Below the pieces are notes generated by a model, which saw only the letters and a program-made list of their open reading frames with translations, did no database searches and was not told where the DNA came from. 64,000 nucleotides of DNA, taken from positions 8,868,001 through 8,932,000 of the forward strand of contig NW_024704742.1 in the NCBI RefSeq assembly GCF_018977255.1, read 5' to 3'. The stretch is from Callorhinchus milii. Lineage: Eukaryota. A program made the position numbers and the translations under genes. How positions within the stretch are numbered: position 1 is the first letter of the stretch; each line of letters starts with the position of its first letter. Positions 27,601-42,600 of this stretch are shown piece after piece.

Positions 27601-30600
27601 GTCAGTCCCCTCAACCCAGGCACTAACCTAGTGAATCTACTCTGCACCCCCTCTCAGGCAAGTATGTCCTTTTTTAAATAAGGAGACCAAATCTGCACAC
27701 AATACTCTAGGTGTGGTCTCACCAAGGCCCTACACAGTTGCAGCAAGACTTCCCTACTCTTGTACTCTAAACCTTTTGCAATGAACGCTAACATGCCGTT
27801 TGCTTTCTTAGTTGCTTGCTGCACCTGTGAACTAACTTTTTGAGACTGGTGTACAAGGACACCCAAATCCCTCTGAACACTAACACTATCTAATCTCTCC
27901 CCCTCTAGAAAAGAATCGTTTTTTCCATTTTTTGCTACCTAGGTGAAAAACTTCACACTTCCCCACATTAAATTCCATCTGCCACCTACTCGCCCACTCC
28001 CCGAGCCTATCTATATCCCATTGTAATCTTTTTGCATCAGAGCTTACTCTCCCACCTAGTTTAGTGTCATCCATGAATTTAGATACATTACATTCAAAGT
28101 CCTCGTCTAGATCATTGATGTAAATTGTAAATAGCTGAGGCCCAAGCACTGATCCTTGTGGCACTCCACTAGTCACATCTCCTGCCAATTCGAGAATGAC
28201 CCGTTTATCCCTACTCTCTGTTTTCTACCCATTAGCCACTCTTCAATCCATGCTAATATGTTCCCATTAATCCCGTGGGCCTTAACCTTGTGCAATAGCC
28301 TTTTGTGTGGCACTTTGTCAAATGCCTTCTTAAAATCTAAATATACTACATCTACTGGTTCCCCCCTATCTAACCTGCTAGATACATCTTCAAAAAACTC
28401 TAAAAGATTAGTTAAGCATGACTTCCCTTTTGTAAAGCCATGTTGACTCTGCCTAATCTTGTTATGGTCTTCCAGGAATCCCATAATGACATCCTTAATT
28501 AAGGACTCAAGAATTTTCCCTACCACTGAAGTCAGACTAACTGGTCTATAGATCCCCATCTTTTCTCTCCCACCCTTCTTAAATAGTGGTGTTATGTTTG
28601 CAATCTTCCAATCAATGGGAACCGTTCCAGAATCCAGAGAATTTTGGAAGATCAAAGACAAGCCATCCACTATCTCAGTAGCCACCTCTTTTAAAACCAT
28701 AGGATGTAGGCCATCAGGTCCAGGGGATTTATAAGTTTTAAGACCTGACCAGCTAACTCATCTTAGCTGTTTTATAGGCTTCTTCCTTTAACTTTATACT
28801 TTCCCTAACTGCTCTAGTTAGCCACGGTTGGGCCACCTTTCCCGTGGCATTCTTATTCCACAAAGGAATATGTGCTCGCTGGGAATTTTGCACTATCTCC
28901 TTAAACGTCTGCCATTGCTGGTCTACTGTCAAATCCTTAAGTCTAATTTCCCAGTTTATTTTAGCTAAATCCTCTCTCATACCAGCAAAGTTAGCTCTAC
29001 TTAAATTTAAGATCTTGTATTTGATATAGCACCTTATCATGTATTCTAGACATCTCAAAGAGCTTCACAGAATATACTAATTAAATATGAAGAATATTAA
29101 GGAACATTAAAGAATCATTAGACTGTGCAACAGTTCAAGGAATGTGCTTACCCTAAGTTCTGTCCAATTCTCTTCTGTTGAAGCAGTGACAAGCATTCTG
29201 GCTAGATTCTTCATTTTGTGCTCATGCTCTTGTTGTAGACCCTGTTTTTCTGCCAGCAGCTGAGCTTTCTCCATTGCCTGAGCAAGAGTCTCAGAAGTGA
29301 CCTAGAGAGCAAATGGAGGCAATTTTATAATTTCATACTTTAGTCGAATGTGGAATGAGATTACTGCACACTCCCAGTCGCTCACTCCAACTCCCATGGC
29401 CTCTCAGAACCTTGGATTTTTGTTCAACTCTCTTTTTAAACCTTTCTTCTGAGGTCTGACCATATCCACTTTCCTCCATCTCAACAACATCACCAACTTC
29501 CACCACTACCTCAACACATCCTTAGTCAACTCTAGACTCAACTTCTCAAATCCTTGCTCGTCGGCCTTCTCAAGTCGACCTTCCACAAGCTCCAGAAAAT
29601 CTAGAACTATGTAATGCTCAGTTTGTGGATCAGCCTGGCTCAGCTTACAGTACTATTGCCTTTGAGTTAGAAGGTTCTGGGTTCAAGCTCCATGTCGGGA
29701 CTTCAATTGCATATCTAGGCTGAGGGTGTGCTGCATTGTTGGAGGTGCTGCCTTTAGATGAGAAGTTATACTGAGGTACCATCAGTCTGTCAAGAGTATG
29801 TTAAAGATCACATGGTGTAATTCAAATAGAAAATAATAATTCTTGCATTTGATATAGCGCCTTGTCAAAGAGAGAACATTAGCAAGCCTGAGAATATTCA
29901 TTGACAACTCTGACTCAGGGCCAAACTGACTTGTTGGGGCCAGGTCACTTCTTATAAACTTCAGACTTAATGTAAAATAACTTAAACATTTGAAGAAATG
30001 GGACAGATCGAATCTTTATTGACCTTTTTATTATGTTTTCAATCCATGGTTGTTTCTTCAGGTTTGTTGCTGATTCTACATTCAAAAGCCTCTTATTTTT
30101 GGGCTTCACAAAATGGTGCTCGGTTGTGACCCTGTTAATCCTCCCAATTCTGGACGGGAGTGAGTTCTGAGTTGCATTTGATTTGGTTCTGTAATAATAA
30201 CAATAATAATACTTGCATTTGATATAGTGCCTTATCACGTCTTCGAGACGTCTCAAAGCACTTCACAGAATATACTGTAAAGTGAATTGTCTACATATTT
30301 TTGGGGCGAAACGCGGTAGCCAATCGCACACAACAACGTCCCACAAACAGCCGTGGATGTGAAGTGACCCGATGGAGAAGGGAGTTTCTCTGGATTTCCT
30401 GACCAACAATCGCCCAATACAATTGTTTCTTCATTTCATGGCTGTTTGTGGGACATTGCTGTGCGCAACTTGGTTGGCGTTTGCCCACAAAACACACTTT
30501 ATTTGACTTTACAGTATATTCTGTGAAGCGCTTTGAGATGCCTCAAAGATGTAATAAGGCCACAAAGATGTAATAAATGCAAGATTATATCCTGTGAATC

Positions 30601-33600
30601 GCTTTAAGAAAGTCTCCCGAAACAAAAAAAAAATATTTTTTGGGCTTGCACTTGGCTCTGCAAATCAGTCACCAACCTCTCCTGGCTACATTGACTCCCT
30701 ATCCCTCAGCACTGAAATCCTTGTCCTTATCTTCAAATGTCTCCACAGCTTTGTCCCACCCTACCTCTGCTCTAAAACTGCAATTCTACTCGACTACACA
30801 TTCCCTCTGCTCCTACAACTTATGGCCTGCTTCATACGTTTTCTTAGTCTCTCTCCAACCCAAATTCCCACAAATATGGAGCCCCATTGGTGGCCTTATG
30901 GGTGAAAACACCACCCATCACATGAGAATGATGGGTGCAGACTTGAGTCTCAGGATTCCTTACAGTACAGAAAACACTAAACAATGTCTGGATTCATAAG
31001 GGACAGATTATGGACCAACTGGGTATTAAAATTACTCCACCTAGGTTGCCATAGTTTGAATGTTAGTATTTTATTTTAATGAGGTCCTTTTATAAAATGA
31101 GTCCGCTTGCAGAACGCTGCTTTAAAATTTCAAGGCTACTGATCGTATACAACAACTTGTGTTTATATAGTGCCCGTCACACAGGATAGTGTCCCAGAAT
31201 GCTTGATAAGGGCAGAGTCTGACACCGAGCCACGGAGTGAGGGAGGTGACCATTTGCACAATCAAAAATGAAGGTCTTTAGGTGGGATTTGAAAGTTAGG
31301 AGGGAGGGAGCAAACCGGAGGGATTGAGGGACAGATTTCCAAAATGTAGTGGCTGAAGGCATGGCATACATCACATACTCTTTCAAGTATTGACAATTAG
31401 TTTTAACTTACTACTTTGCAATCCGCATTCATTGTATCTTTAATACTTCAATAAACAATCTCATAGAAATATAATTGATTTTTCTGTTTCCTACAGTGTC
31501 CTATTAATAAATATAGCATTTGAAATAGTTACTTTAAGGGAAGCCAAACTTTGTTAAAGTAACTTTAAGGTATGAAGATATCACCAGTGTCAGTTTGCAG
31601 GGTTTTTATTTGCACAGGGAGGGACTTGAGAAATAATAATAGCACCTTATCAAATCATTGAAATGTCTTAAAGCAATTCACAAGATTTAATGTAGGCTAT
31701 CTAGCAACTGCATTTTTTGTAGGTGAACGTTGTCAACCCACTTCCTCAGTCGACGAAACGGGGGGCGAGAAGAGGAACCTGGGGGAAGCGACTGGGAGCG
31801 AGTTTGAGGGTGGTGGGCAGAAGATAATCAGGAGCAGCGGCAGGAGGGCAAACCGAGCTGTTCCGGCACGAGGTTACTGCAGGAGCAGAGTCAGTGTGAG
31901 AGGTGTATAGTGGTAGCGAGGCCTCCGGGAGTGAGGTCGGCAGCACCCGGCAGGTAACGGCACAGCCGGGGTCTGGGAATTTTTTAAAAAAGGATTATTA
32001 CTCCTGGAAAAGTGATCCGCCAATCAACTAACGATCGAGTTCCCACTTACAGCTAGATAAACAGGAGTGTGGAGTAAGGAAACTCGCCTAAGGTTTTGCC
32101 CTGCCTGGGAATCGAACATGGGTCCATCCTCTTCCTTGCAAGGCGAGTGCTCTAACCACAAATTACCAGACATTTTAGGTTTCACCCGAAAGACACTTCC
32201 CCCAGCACTGAGCTTCGACTATCTGAACTCAGAAGACTATGGACTATGGGGGTGGGGGTGGTGGTGAAAGAGGGGGAGGAGAAAAAGGGAGTTTGATTTG
32301 GATACTCTAAAGCGCGTCAACCTGACTCTTTGACCGCGCTTTCAGTCATCTTGTCCCCATCCCACTTCCCTCGGCTCCCACCCCCAGCTCAGGTGCCCAG
32401 CCAGCAGCGTCGAGTGCTTTGAAACATCCTTTCAATGTGAAAATGTCACATCTCTGGAGAGAAACACAAAATATTGCTTGTGCGGCTCGCTGACGTTTCT
32501 CAAATAGGGAATCCACAGCCAATGTGAAAAAAACGATTTTGTGCAAATAAAAATCTTAGGGTTTCCAAACCTTGTCACCAGCAGCATCAACTTACTTTTT
32601 CAAGACGATTTTTCAAATCCATTATTTCTTTGCGGTAACGCTTAAGCATTGCTTGGTCGTCCAACACTTCATTCACATGAGGGGTGTTCTTCATAAATTT
32701 AGCAGTGCTTGCAAACTGAAATGAAAAATAAGATTGGAATCAATTCTGTACTCATTAACATTTGCTGCTGCAATGGGAAGATAAGAATGATCTAGAAAAA
32801 CAGATAGCAACACAAAAATTATAAACTAAATGTCCTTCTATGCAGAAAATTTTAGGGCTCTAACAAACACCCAATGGACCTTTTTCACCCAAACCTTTTC
32901 ACCTAGACTTTGTGTTAAGCAAAGTCCCCTAGTTTGAAGTCCCATTGGTTATTCCATTACCAGCCATTCGGCAGGGTAAGCCTGGCTTGGTGAGCTAGGC
33001 GCAGAAAATGTCATCGCTAGCAACGGGTGAGTCAATCAGTTCAAGGAGCAGCATCGCTTGAGTATACAAAAATATTAGCAGTGAGGATAAGTCTGTCGGC
33101 AAGTCTCGCTTTGAAGAGTGGAAGACCCATCTCCTGGAATTTCTGTGTGACTACAATTCAGACCAAACTTACAACACGGACAAGACCGCCTTGTTTTTCA
33201 AGTACAGCCTGGACAAAACTTAATGCATTAAGGAACAATCCTGTACATAGCAACAGGAGTAGGCCATTCAGCCCTTCAATCCCGTTCTGCCATTTAATTA
33301 GACCATGGCTAATCTGAACTTCAACTAATCCTTCCAATTCCAATTTCCCACTTTCTCTCCAAATCCCTTAATACCCTGACCTACCAAAAATCTAACAACC
33401 GCACTTTTGAAGGCGTGCATGGATCCAGCATCCATAGCCTTTTTGGACAGAATTCCAGATTTCTACCACTCTTTGAGTGCAAAAATGCTCCCTGATTTCA
33501 CTCTTAAATGGCCGGGTTCTAATTCTAAGACTATGACCCTTGTTTTGGATTCCCCCACCAGAGAAAATATCTTCACTGTAACTACCCTATTGAATCCCTT

Positions 33601-36600
33601 TATCATCTTAAATACCTGAACCAAATCACACCTCAACCTTCTAAACTCAAAGAAATACAATCCAAGTTTATGAAGCCTTTCCTCGTACCTTAATCCTTTT
33701 AGGCCTAGAAACATTCTGGTGAACCTGCGCTGCACCCCCTCCAGGGCCAATATATCTTTCCTGAGGTGTGATGCCCAAAACCGAATGCAGTTTCCAGATG
33801 GGGGTTTGACTAACGCTCCACGCAGCTGAAGTGTAATTTCTTCCCCATTGTATTTCAGGCCCTTTGAGATAAAGGCCAACATTCTATTAGCCTTTTTGAT
33901 TACTTTTTGCACCTGGGAACTAGATTTTAGTGATTTATGGATATGGATATCCAAATCTCTTCAATCCTCCACGGTTCTTAATTTCTCCCCATTAAGAAAA
34001 TATTCTGCTTTAACTTTTTTCGGTCCATAGTGGATGATCTTGCACTTTCCTACATTGAACTCCATCTGCCACAGTTTTGCCCAATCATTTAATCTGTCTC
34101 AGTCCCTTTGTAGCTTCCTACAAAAATATATATATTTTATATGGTGAATAGCTGAGGTCCCAGTATAGATCCCTGAGGGACACCACTTGTCACGTTCACT
34201 TTATCCCTATCCTGTTTCCTGTCTCCCAACCAATACCAAACCACGTCACAGCTCTGACTCCATGCGCTTCCATTTTCGCTAATAATCTTTTGGGTGGAAC
34301 CTTATCAAATTCCTTCTGAAGGTCCATATAAACAACTTTCATAGACACTCTTTAATCCACCATTTCAGTGACCGCCTGAAACATTCAACTAGATTACTCA
34401 GATATGAGCTGCCCTTCATAAACCCATGCTAATTCTCTTTGACTAGCTCATACCTGTCGACCTGTCTAAGTGTTCAATCACTCTGTCCCTGATGATGGAT
34501 TCCAGTATTTTCTCTATAACTGATGATAAGCTAACACTAAGTCACACAATATTCCAAATGAGGTCTGACTAGGGTTTTATACAACTGTAATATCACTTTG
34601 AGTTGTTTTCCTGTCCCCTTATGAAAAACGGCAAACGATATTTCTACACAATTTGCTTTTCTCACACGCTTAACTCCAAGTCCTGTCTTTCCCTTAGTAT
34701 TCTTATATGGAATCTAACTATAATCACTGTTCACAAATTTTCCCCCACCTCCAGATTAGTTACTTGGGCCACTTAATTCTCCAAACTGAATCTTGCACTG
34801 CCTCCTTCATGTTGGGCTGTCCACAAATTGCTTAAGAAAGCAATCTTGGATACTTTCTAAAAATGCAACTCCATTTTGCCCCTCAATACTTTCCTTATTC
34901 CAGTCAATCTTGAGGTAGTTGAAGTCCCCTATTATTACCATTCTTTTGTAACAGCTGCTTACTTTTCTAAACTACTTGCAAATGGCCTCTCCAATCTCCT
35001 TGCCACTATTGGGCAGTCTAAGGTGGAATCCTAATATAGTGACCACTCCCTTTTTACTTCAAACTTCTACCCACAAGGCACCTTACCGTCTATCAAGATA
35101 AGGCATGAAAAGGCGCTAGCTCAAATACAGAAAACTTGCATAAAAGGAGGGTGGAGCTAAGGAGACTGCCGGGGGGAAGGAGGGAGGCAATAGGCACAGA
35201 AGCAAGCAAAAGAGGGTCACCATACCTGAAGCGTACTAACAGTTTCTTCCAAAGCATCTGTAGTAATTGTGCAAATGATAACTGTCTTTGCATTCCCACC
35301 CAATGAATTTTGCAGGATCCGAGTTATTTTACTGTCTCTGTAATTTATAAATCCACTAAAAGAAAACAAATATTGAATTACTATACGAAAACACCCAGCG
35401 ATTTATTTATTTTAAAGAAAACAGGTCACAAAGCAAACTACAAAAATGGCCTTCCAATAACCTTATTCTGAAAAATCAAAACAGTTTCCTACCCCGTCTG
35501 TCCATCACTGAGTTTTTTAATTACTTGGCCAAGCACGAACAAACTACGGTTGATATTACATCCTTCCTTCAGTCTGACACCTAAGTTATACAAAAAAAAG
35601 TTTTACAAACATTGGCCTTAAAACAAAGTGAAATCAGATTTGAATTGTTGAGTACCATGTTATGTTAATGATTTTGAGAAAGTAAGCCATCTAGGGGTGC
35701 AGATATAGAGATTTATAGCTGGGATTACAAGTAGAAAACATAAAAAGGTATATGGAATCTGGTTTTATACAGTGCGGCCCTGTTATAACACTATAGTGCA
35801 AATTTGCTTATAGCTGGAGTACTTGCTGACACCCAATTCATTTCCACATGAAGTCATGTAGAAGTCCACATTTCCACATGAAGTCATTTCCAATTTATTT
35901 CTACGTGGAGGCCTGTAGCTCAGTGGTTAGAGCACTTGCCTTGAAGCGAGACACCTGGGTTCAATTTCAGGAAGGGTGAAACCTTGGGTAAGTTTCCTTA
36001 CTCCGCACACCTAATAATAATCCCTCCAAAAAAAACCAAAAATAATAAATTGGTCATTTTCAATCCTTGACTGTTTGTGGGACACTGCTGTGCGCAATTG
36101 GCTGTCGCGTTTTGCCCACAAATATACAGTCAATTCACTTTACAGTATATTCTGTGAAGTGCTTTTTATTATCTCAAAGACGTCTATATCAAATGCTAGA
36201 ATTATTATTATATTGTGCGCTCACCAACTTCCTTTCAATAGATTGTGTTGAAATCACTTTCTGCATTGGTGTGTAAGGGAAAAACAGGAAGAAACATTAG
36301 GTGGTGACCGATTTTAGCTAAGATGACCATCATTTAGCTTTTAGCTTCCTGCACTTAGTTTCAGGCCATTTTTGGGGGTCACTCAGGTGTCTGAAACATG
36401 TTTAAGAGTATCCAAACCAAACTGAGAAATTCATGCATCCCACCTGAAATCCCAGAGATAGGATTGTTGGAATGGAATGCACACTCTCTCACTAGAGGGA
36501 TGTATCCTGCTTACCTAGTTCCAGAAACTATTAGTCGCAGGTTGGCAAGAGCCAAGGTTTGGGGACCCCAGAGATAACTCGTTGGGGTAACTGCTGGAGT

Positions 36601-39600
36601 CTAGCCAGCTAAAACCACACAGCTTGCCATTGATATTGTGTCTGACGAGCTTGTCCAGCTAGGACTACCCTACCCGTTAGGGCTTTGGCTTGCAGGGTTA
36701 ACAGGAGCTGAGTGGGATGACTCCCTGCCCCCAATGACTGGTCTGCCATCCAGGTCCTGCCTATAAGACAGACTGGGCTGTGCTGTCATCAGCAGTGTTC
36801 TAAAATACTGCGGACCCCCCTGGCTCGGGAACCGGACTAGAGACCGCCTCAGAGAGCTGGCTTGATTCCGACGTTCCGTGGCTGAGCATGTCAGCTCCAG
36901 TTCCGAGCTAGTTCAGCTCCAAGGAGACCCCACTTCCAAGCAATGAAGAAGTGACACTGTGGTGATCTGAGGAACTGGAAGTCATGACCCAACAACCTGT
37001 TTAGTGCGGGAACCAATCAGCTTGCTCCTTATACGTGGCTACCAGTCATACTCACGATTATGTTGCTAAAATGGGGGTTGCAATTTTATGGATCCCAAAC
37101 ATTACATGTTGTAACAAAGTTGCACTGTAAACATGGCATTCAATATAAAAGTAAGGAAGTGATGTTAAATTTATACTTGATTGAAGTACAGAGTTTTACA
37201 AAAAGAACATAAGAGCCACAAAAAGGATAAAGAGCAGGTCAAAATATTGGTTTACAAATAAGGTTAAAAGTTCTGTACATTTTCCCCTGGAGCAGGGAAT
37301 GCAAATTACATTCTAGACAGAAATTTCCATGCAAGGTTATTATTATTATACAAGGTAGCATATATATGTAGAACTCAATTTGTTTTGGATACTCTTAAGT
37401 ATGGTGATGGGTTTCCATACGTGCCAGGGTGACCAAAGAATCATCCAGAGGCACTTTGTACTGTTTTGATTTTAATAGGCTCAGCATCATACAGTTGTTT
37501 AAATAAGCGTTAACCTGAATCACACTGTACAAACCTCATTTCCCAAAGACAACTGCACATTTAAATGGAGAAAAATCATGCATTAAGTGAGCGCCCAAAA
37601 TTCAACAGAACAGAACTAGGATCTGCTGAACGTTGAACTAATTTTTTCAGAAAGGCACAACTCATTGAAACAAAAACTCACCCTCAGCTCCCGTTTGACT
37701 GGCCCTCTCGCTTCCTGCTAGATCGACCAAATTCTGCATTTATGAAAAGTAGTTAGATACAATTTTAAGTTCAAGTATTTGGTATCTGTGGTGGGATAGT
37801 GAGGGGAAAAGAAGACTGAAAGTGTGACGCTGGCAGCATCACCAGTCCAGAACCTTGGCGTCTCATTTGACCCTCAACTGTTCTTTCTACCCCACATCCA
37901 TACCATGACTCTTTCTGCCTTCTCCCACTTCTGCCACAACACCCGGCTCCACCACTGCCTCACCTCTCAGGTTGCCGAAACCCTAATCAACTCACTCATT
38001 GAACCAAGGCTCGACTATGCCAACTCCCTGCTTGTCGACCTTCCCAACTCTTCCCTTCACAAGTTCATTCAGAACTCTGCAGCTCGTGTCCTCTCCAGAC
38101 CATGTTTCATGACTCTATCACCCCCACCCTCACCTGGCTCCCCATCTCTCAGAGGGAAGTTCAACATTCCCATCCTCGCCTTCAAAGCTCTCCCTGACCT
38201 TGTTCTTTCCTACCTCTACAATCTGCTAACCTCATATCAACCTGTCTGGTCAGCAGGCAATGGCCTGCCCATGTCCCCTGCCCAAGCATCGGTGGTCAGG
38301 CCTTCAGCCTCTCTATCCCCACCCTTTGGAACTTCAATCCCTTAGCCTTGTTCCCTCCCTTGCCTCCTTCTAGGCGCATCTCAAGACCCTCCTCTTTGAC
38401 CACACTTTTGATCACTCTCCTACCCTACCCCTCCTGACCTAACTCATTCGCTCTCCTTGTAATCAGGCATTTCCTGCCCCTGCAATCACCACGTGATCAG
38501 ATAACTTGCTCTCTTCTCTATAAGTTGATGTTACACCCCTGGGAAGGAGAAAGTGTTTGGGTGCTGATGTGCAGTGTTCTGTTTGATGTAAGCGCAGGAA
38601 ACAAAGTTCTGACTCAGCAGCTGGTAAGTTTGCTAGTAGCAAGTGAGGTAATGGGGTTACGAGTTGTGTGATTGATACAACTAATGCATTTTTATAAAAC
38701 ACTAATTAGGCCTCAGCGAGAGACTGTGTTCGGTTCTGGGTCCCGCACTTTAAGAAGGATGTCAAGGAATTGGAGAGGATGCAAAGGAGATTTACCAGGA
38801 ATTCAGTTATCAGGAGAGGCTAGAGAAGCCGGGATTATTCTCCTTGGAGCAGAGAAGGTTAAGAGGAGACTTATTAGAAGTTTTCAAAATTTTGAGGGGA
38901 TCGATAGGGTGAACAAGGAGAAACTATTTCCACTGGCAGGTGGGTCGGTAACCTGAGAACCCAGATTTAAAATAGTTCTTAAAAGACACAGTGAGGAGAA
39001 ATGTTTTCCCACAGCGAGTTATTCAGCTCTGGAATGCATTGGCTGAAAGGGCGGTGGAAGCCGATTCGATCACAACTTTTAAGAGAGAAGTAGATAATTA
39101 TTTGGGGAGGACAAGTTTGCAGAGCTATGGGGAGAGCACGGGCGAATGGGATCGATTTGGATAGCTCTTTTCAAAGAGCCGGCACAGACACAATGGGCCC
39201 AATGGCCTCCTTTGTTTGTATAATTCTATGATAAGTTTAAGTGGACCTAATGGGAAATTTACCGGTCTTGGGCAAATGTATGACTTGGGCAATTATATGA
39301 TTTATAAAGAACTTCAGTGAGTTTTACTGCGTATATCAGCCTTCAGTGTCTCGAAGAGCTTAAAACAATGACCACAACTCACCAAATGAGCAACCTTTAC
39401 TGCTTCGTCGATCGATTCCGGCATTGAACCATCATTTTTCTCTCTGCTTTCCAAGATCTGAAAAGTACAGATGTGTGAATTGTATTTCACATAACTCTGG
39501 CTTAAACTCTGCTGTTAGGCTATAACAATGGGAAAACAGGTCAAAGGCTCCACCCCCCTTGAGTGTGGGATCCCTACATTCAAAGATGATATATAATAAC

Positions 39601-42600
39601 CCTTGTATTTAATATAGCACTTTGCGTCTTCAAGACTTCATAGGGTTTACTATTTGCACAATTATTTCCCACAAACAGCCATGGAGTGAATACAAATTTT
39701 ATTTGGAGGATTGTTGGCCAGGACATTGGGAGAAACTCCCTTCTCTTTCTGAATAGTGCCACGAGATCTTTAACTTCCACTTCAACAGGCAGCCAGGACT
39801 TTGGTTTAATCAAAAGACAGCACCTCTGACAATGCAGCACACCCCCAGGACCTCACTGGAGTGTCAGTTTGGACTTTGGGTTTCAAGTTCCAACCTGGAA
39901 CACACTGATATTAGGAACTTCTCCTGAATTGCATATTCTTCACATCAAAGATAGCTGCATGCTTTTCCTGTCCCCATCTCATGACATTACTCCCATGTCT
40001 TCGAGTTACCCCGCATTTTCCACCAATACTCCAATCTCTGCCCCCATCCCTGCACTCCTTTTCTTCCATTTATCCCTCCTCCCTATCAATCATCATCACC
40101 CATATGAAGCACACCACCTGCACACCACAGTTAACATGTTTCACTCCTCAGGCACAATCCCACTCCCCTTCAAAACCACTGTCATCATACCCCTTCTCAA
40201 ACAAAAAAACACCCATGATCTTTCAAATTCTGCAAACTACTAGCCTATCTCAAACTTGCCCTTCATTTTTCAAGTACTGAAACACATTCTCACAGCACCG
40301 AGACATCACTCAAGGTTACAAATGATTCCCTCTATCTGTGATCAGGGTTCCCTCTGCCTCCTTGTCATCCATCCTGAACCTCTCGCTGCTTCTAACATGC
40401 CACCCTCCTCAACTGCCTCTCCTCCCTCACCACCTACCTCAGTGGGTCAGCCCTTACCTGGTTCAAGTCCTATTTGACCCATCAACACATTTTATCTCCT
40501 CCAATGGTTTATCCTCCAGATTACCTGTGGTGTACCCCAAGGCTCTCATTTACATGTTCCCTCTTGTTGACATCAGTGTAGACACAGGATAAACTTTCAC
40601 GTATGCAGAATGCACCTAATCTATTTTTCCTCCTCACTGCTAGACAAGTACAACCAATGCTCTGACTGCCCGTTTGTCCGTCATCAAGGCCTGGATGAGC
40701 ACCAACTTCCTGTAGCTGAATATGGACAGCAAGGAAGCCATCTTCTTTTGACTCCCATCAATGTCTTCTCAACTTTGGTTTTGAACACCATAACCTTCTC
40801 TGCCTATCCCTAAGACTCACCAAACCTGAACATAACCTTGGCATCAGGTTCAATCCTCAGTTATACTTCCTACCCCATATCCAGTCCCTGACCAGGACTG
40901 CCTTCTTCCTTCACCTGCCTTCATCCCATCTTACTTCAAACACTGCTGAAACACTCGTTCATGTTTTCATCACCTATATAATAATTGTAGTGACTGTACA
41001 TATGATTAGCTTGCAATACTAAATTTCATATACAATGACCCACAACATTTTACTGTAGCTCGTCAACAATCTGAAATGTTACTTTTCTTCAGAACAATGC
41101 ATAAACATAAAAGCATTTAGAATTAAAAAGTCCAACCATTCTAAAAATAGTATGTGACCGACTGCTGTGTTCATTCATTTTGGTTTCTCCATAATGGCGG
41201 TTCTCTGAAAAAAAAGCACAAAAAAGTCAAAACTTCTCTGTCAATAGATTAAATACATTTGCATGAAGATACTTTAGATACATTGTTAGACTTTAGATAT
41301 ACATTTCTTACTTTTCGGATTTCTCCGCAAACAAAAATAGTCAAAATGTATCAATTATGCAACTATAGACTATTTTTGTAAAGATTTAGAAACTTCCCTG
41401 TTCAATCCAAATCTAAACTACAATAACTTGCCCTTCATGCACAATTGCACTTTGTACACTGCTTAATAGCTGGGCTGGACACCAAGCGAGGAAGGGAGAG
41501 GAGAGAGGGAGAGAAGGCAGTGACCCATAGGGTAGGCTCTGTCAAAGAGGCAAGTCTAAAAAAAAGAGTAATAGACAGTTGTTGGGCAATCATGTGATCT
41601 CAAAACTCATATTCGCATGGCATATGCAGGTTTACTTTGACCTTTGTGCGTTTGTTGGTAAAATAAGACGAAAAGCAGGTTGTGCAAGTGGTTTTTGATC
41701 ATAATATGAGAGATATATATATTTATACACACACATTGCACTCGGTCTGTCCATCTGCACCTCCATTCAGCCAGGAGCGGCTCCTGGATGTAGATGGGTG
41801 AGGTCAAATTGCGACTGATAGCGGACTCCAGCCATTCACAAGCTGCTGGAGTTGGTCTGTCAATGGGGGGGGGGGGGGACTACTGGGCACAATGAGGGAG
41901 GGAAATCATGATTGATTGACAGCTGAGCCACTTGTGATTGGTTGAAGCCCGTCCATTCACAAGCAGCTCCAGGCTGTCAATCACTGCAAGTCCCCACTAA
42001 TTGGTCCAGTTCCTATCCAATGAGAACAGCATTGGGAGCGAGGAGGCGTTGCCGAAATTGGGGCGTTTTTCTGCGTTTCTGTGTACAGAATTGTTTCCTT
42101 AATCAGTGCATCTCCAGTCCAACTAGGAAGGAGGCAGTTCTTGATCTTGCTTCAGGAAATGAAGTGAAGCAAGTGCAACCGGAGAGCATCCAGGAAACAG
42201 CAGCATTACTAGATTGAAGGTACGAATGGAAAAGATAAAGAATTGGCATAAATGAGAACAAGACTTGCATACCTGGAACAATTCAAACAAGTGCCTTCCC
42301 TCTCAAACTAGAAAGCTTCTCTGATCATCTAAAACTATCAAACTACCCATCAACAACTTGCACTTATATAGCACCCTCCACACAGGGTAGCATCTCAGAG
42401 TGCTTAACAGTGGCGAAGCCTGACTCCAAGCCGGCAGGTGGCCATAAGCGTGGTCGAAGAGGAAAGTGTTCAGGCCGGACTTGAAAGAGGGGAGAGAGGG
42501 GACAAGGCGGACGGATGGAGGGAGAGTGTTCCAGAGTTTTGGGGCATAGTGGCTGAAAGCCACTATAGTGGCTGGGGCGAAGGGTACGAAGGACGAGCAG

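Noticed and set aside
27654..28700. Functional reverse transcriptase gene
   Set aside because: Frameshifted, internally deleted, 5'-truncated CR1 copy.
32309..32342. Small hairpin aaagcgcgtcaa...ttgaccgcgcttt
   Set aside because: A 12-bp bulged stem with no other support could arise by chance.
35315..35342. [10 protein letters not shown] instead of the usual YRDSKLTRIL as a sign of a defective motor
   Set aside because: Conservative Leu-to-Ile change; P-loop, switch I and switch II are intact.
35839..35890. Short tandem duplication catttccacatgaagtcat
   Set aside because: Ordinary slippage duplication next to a SINE.
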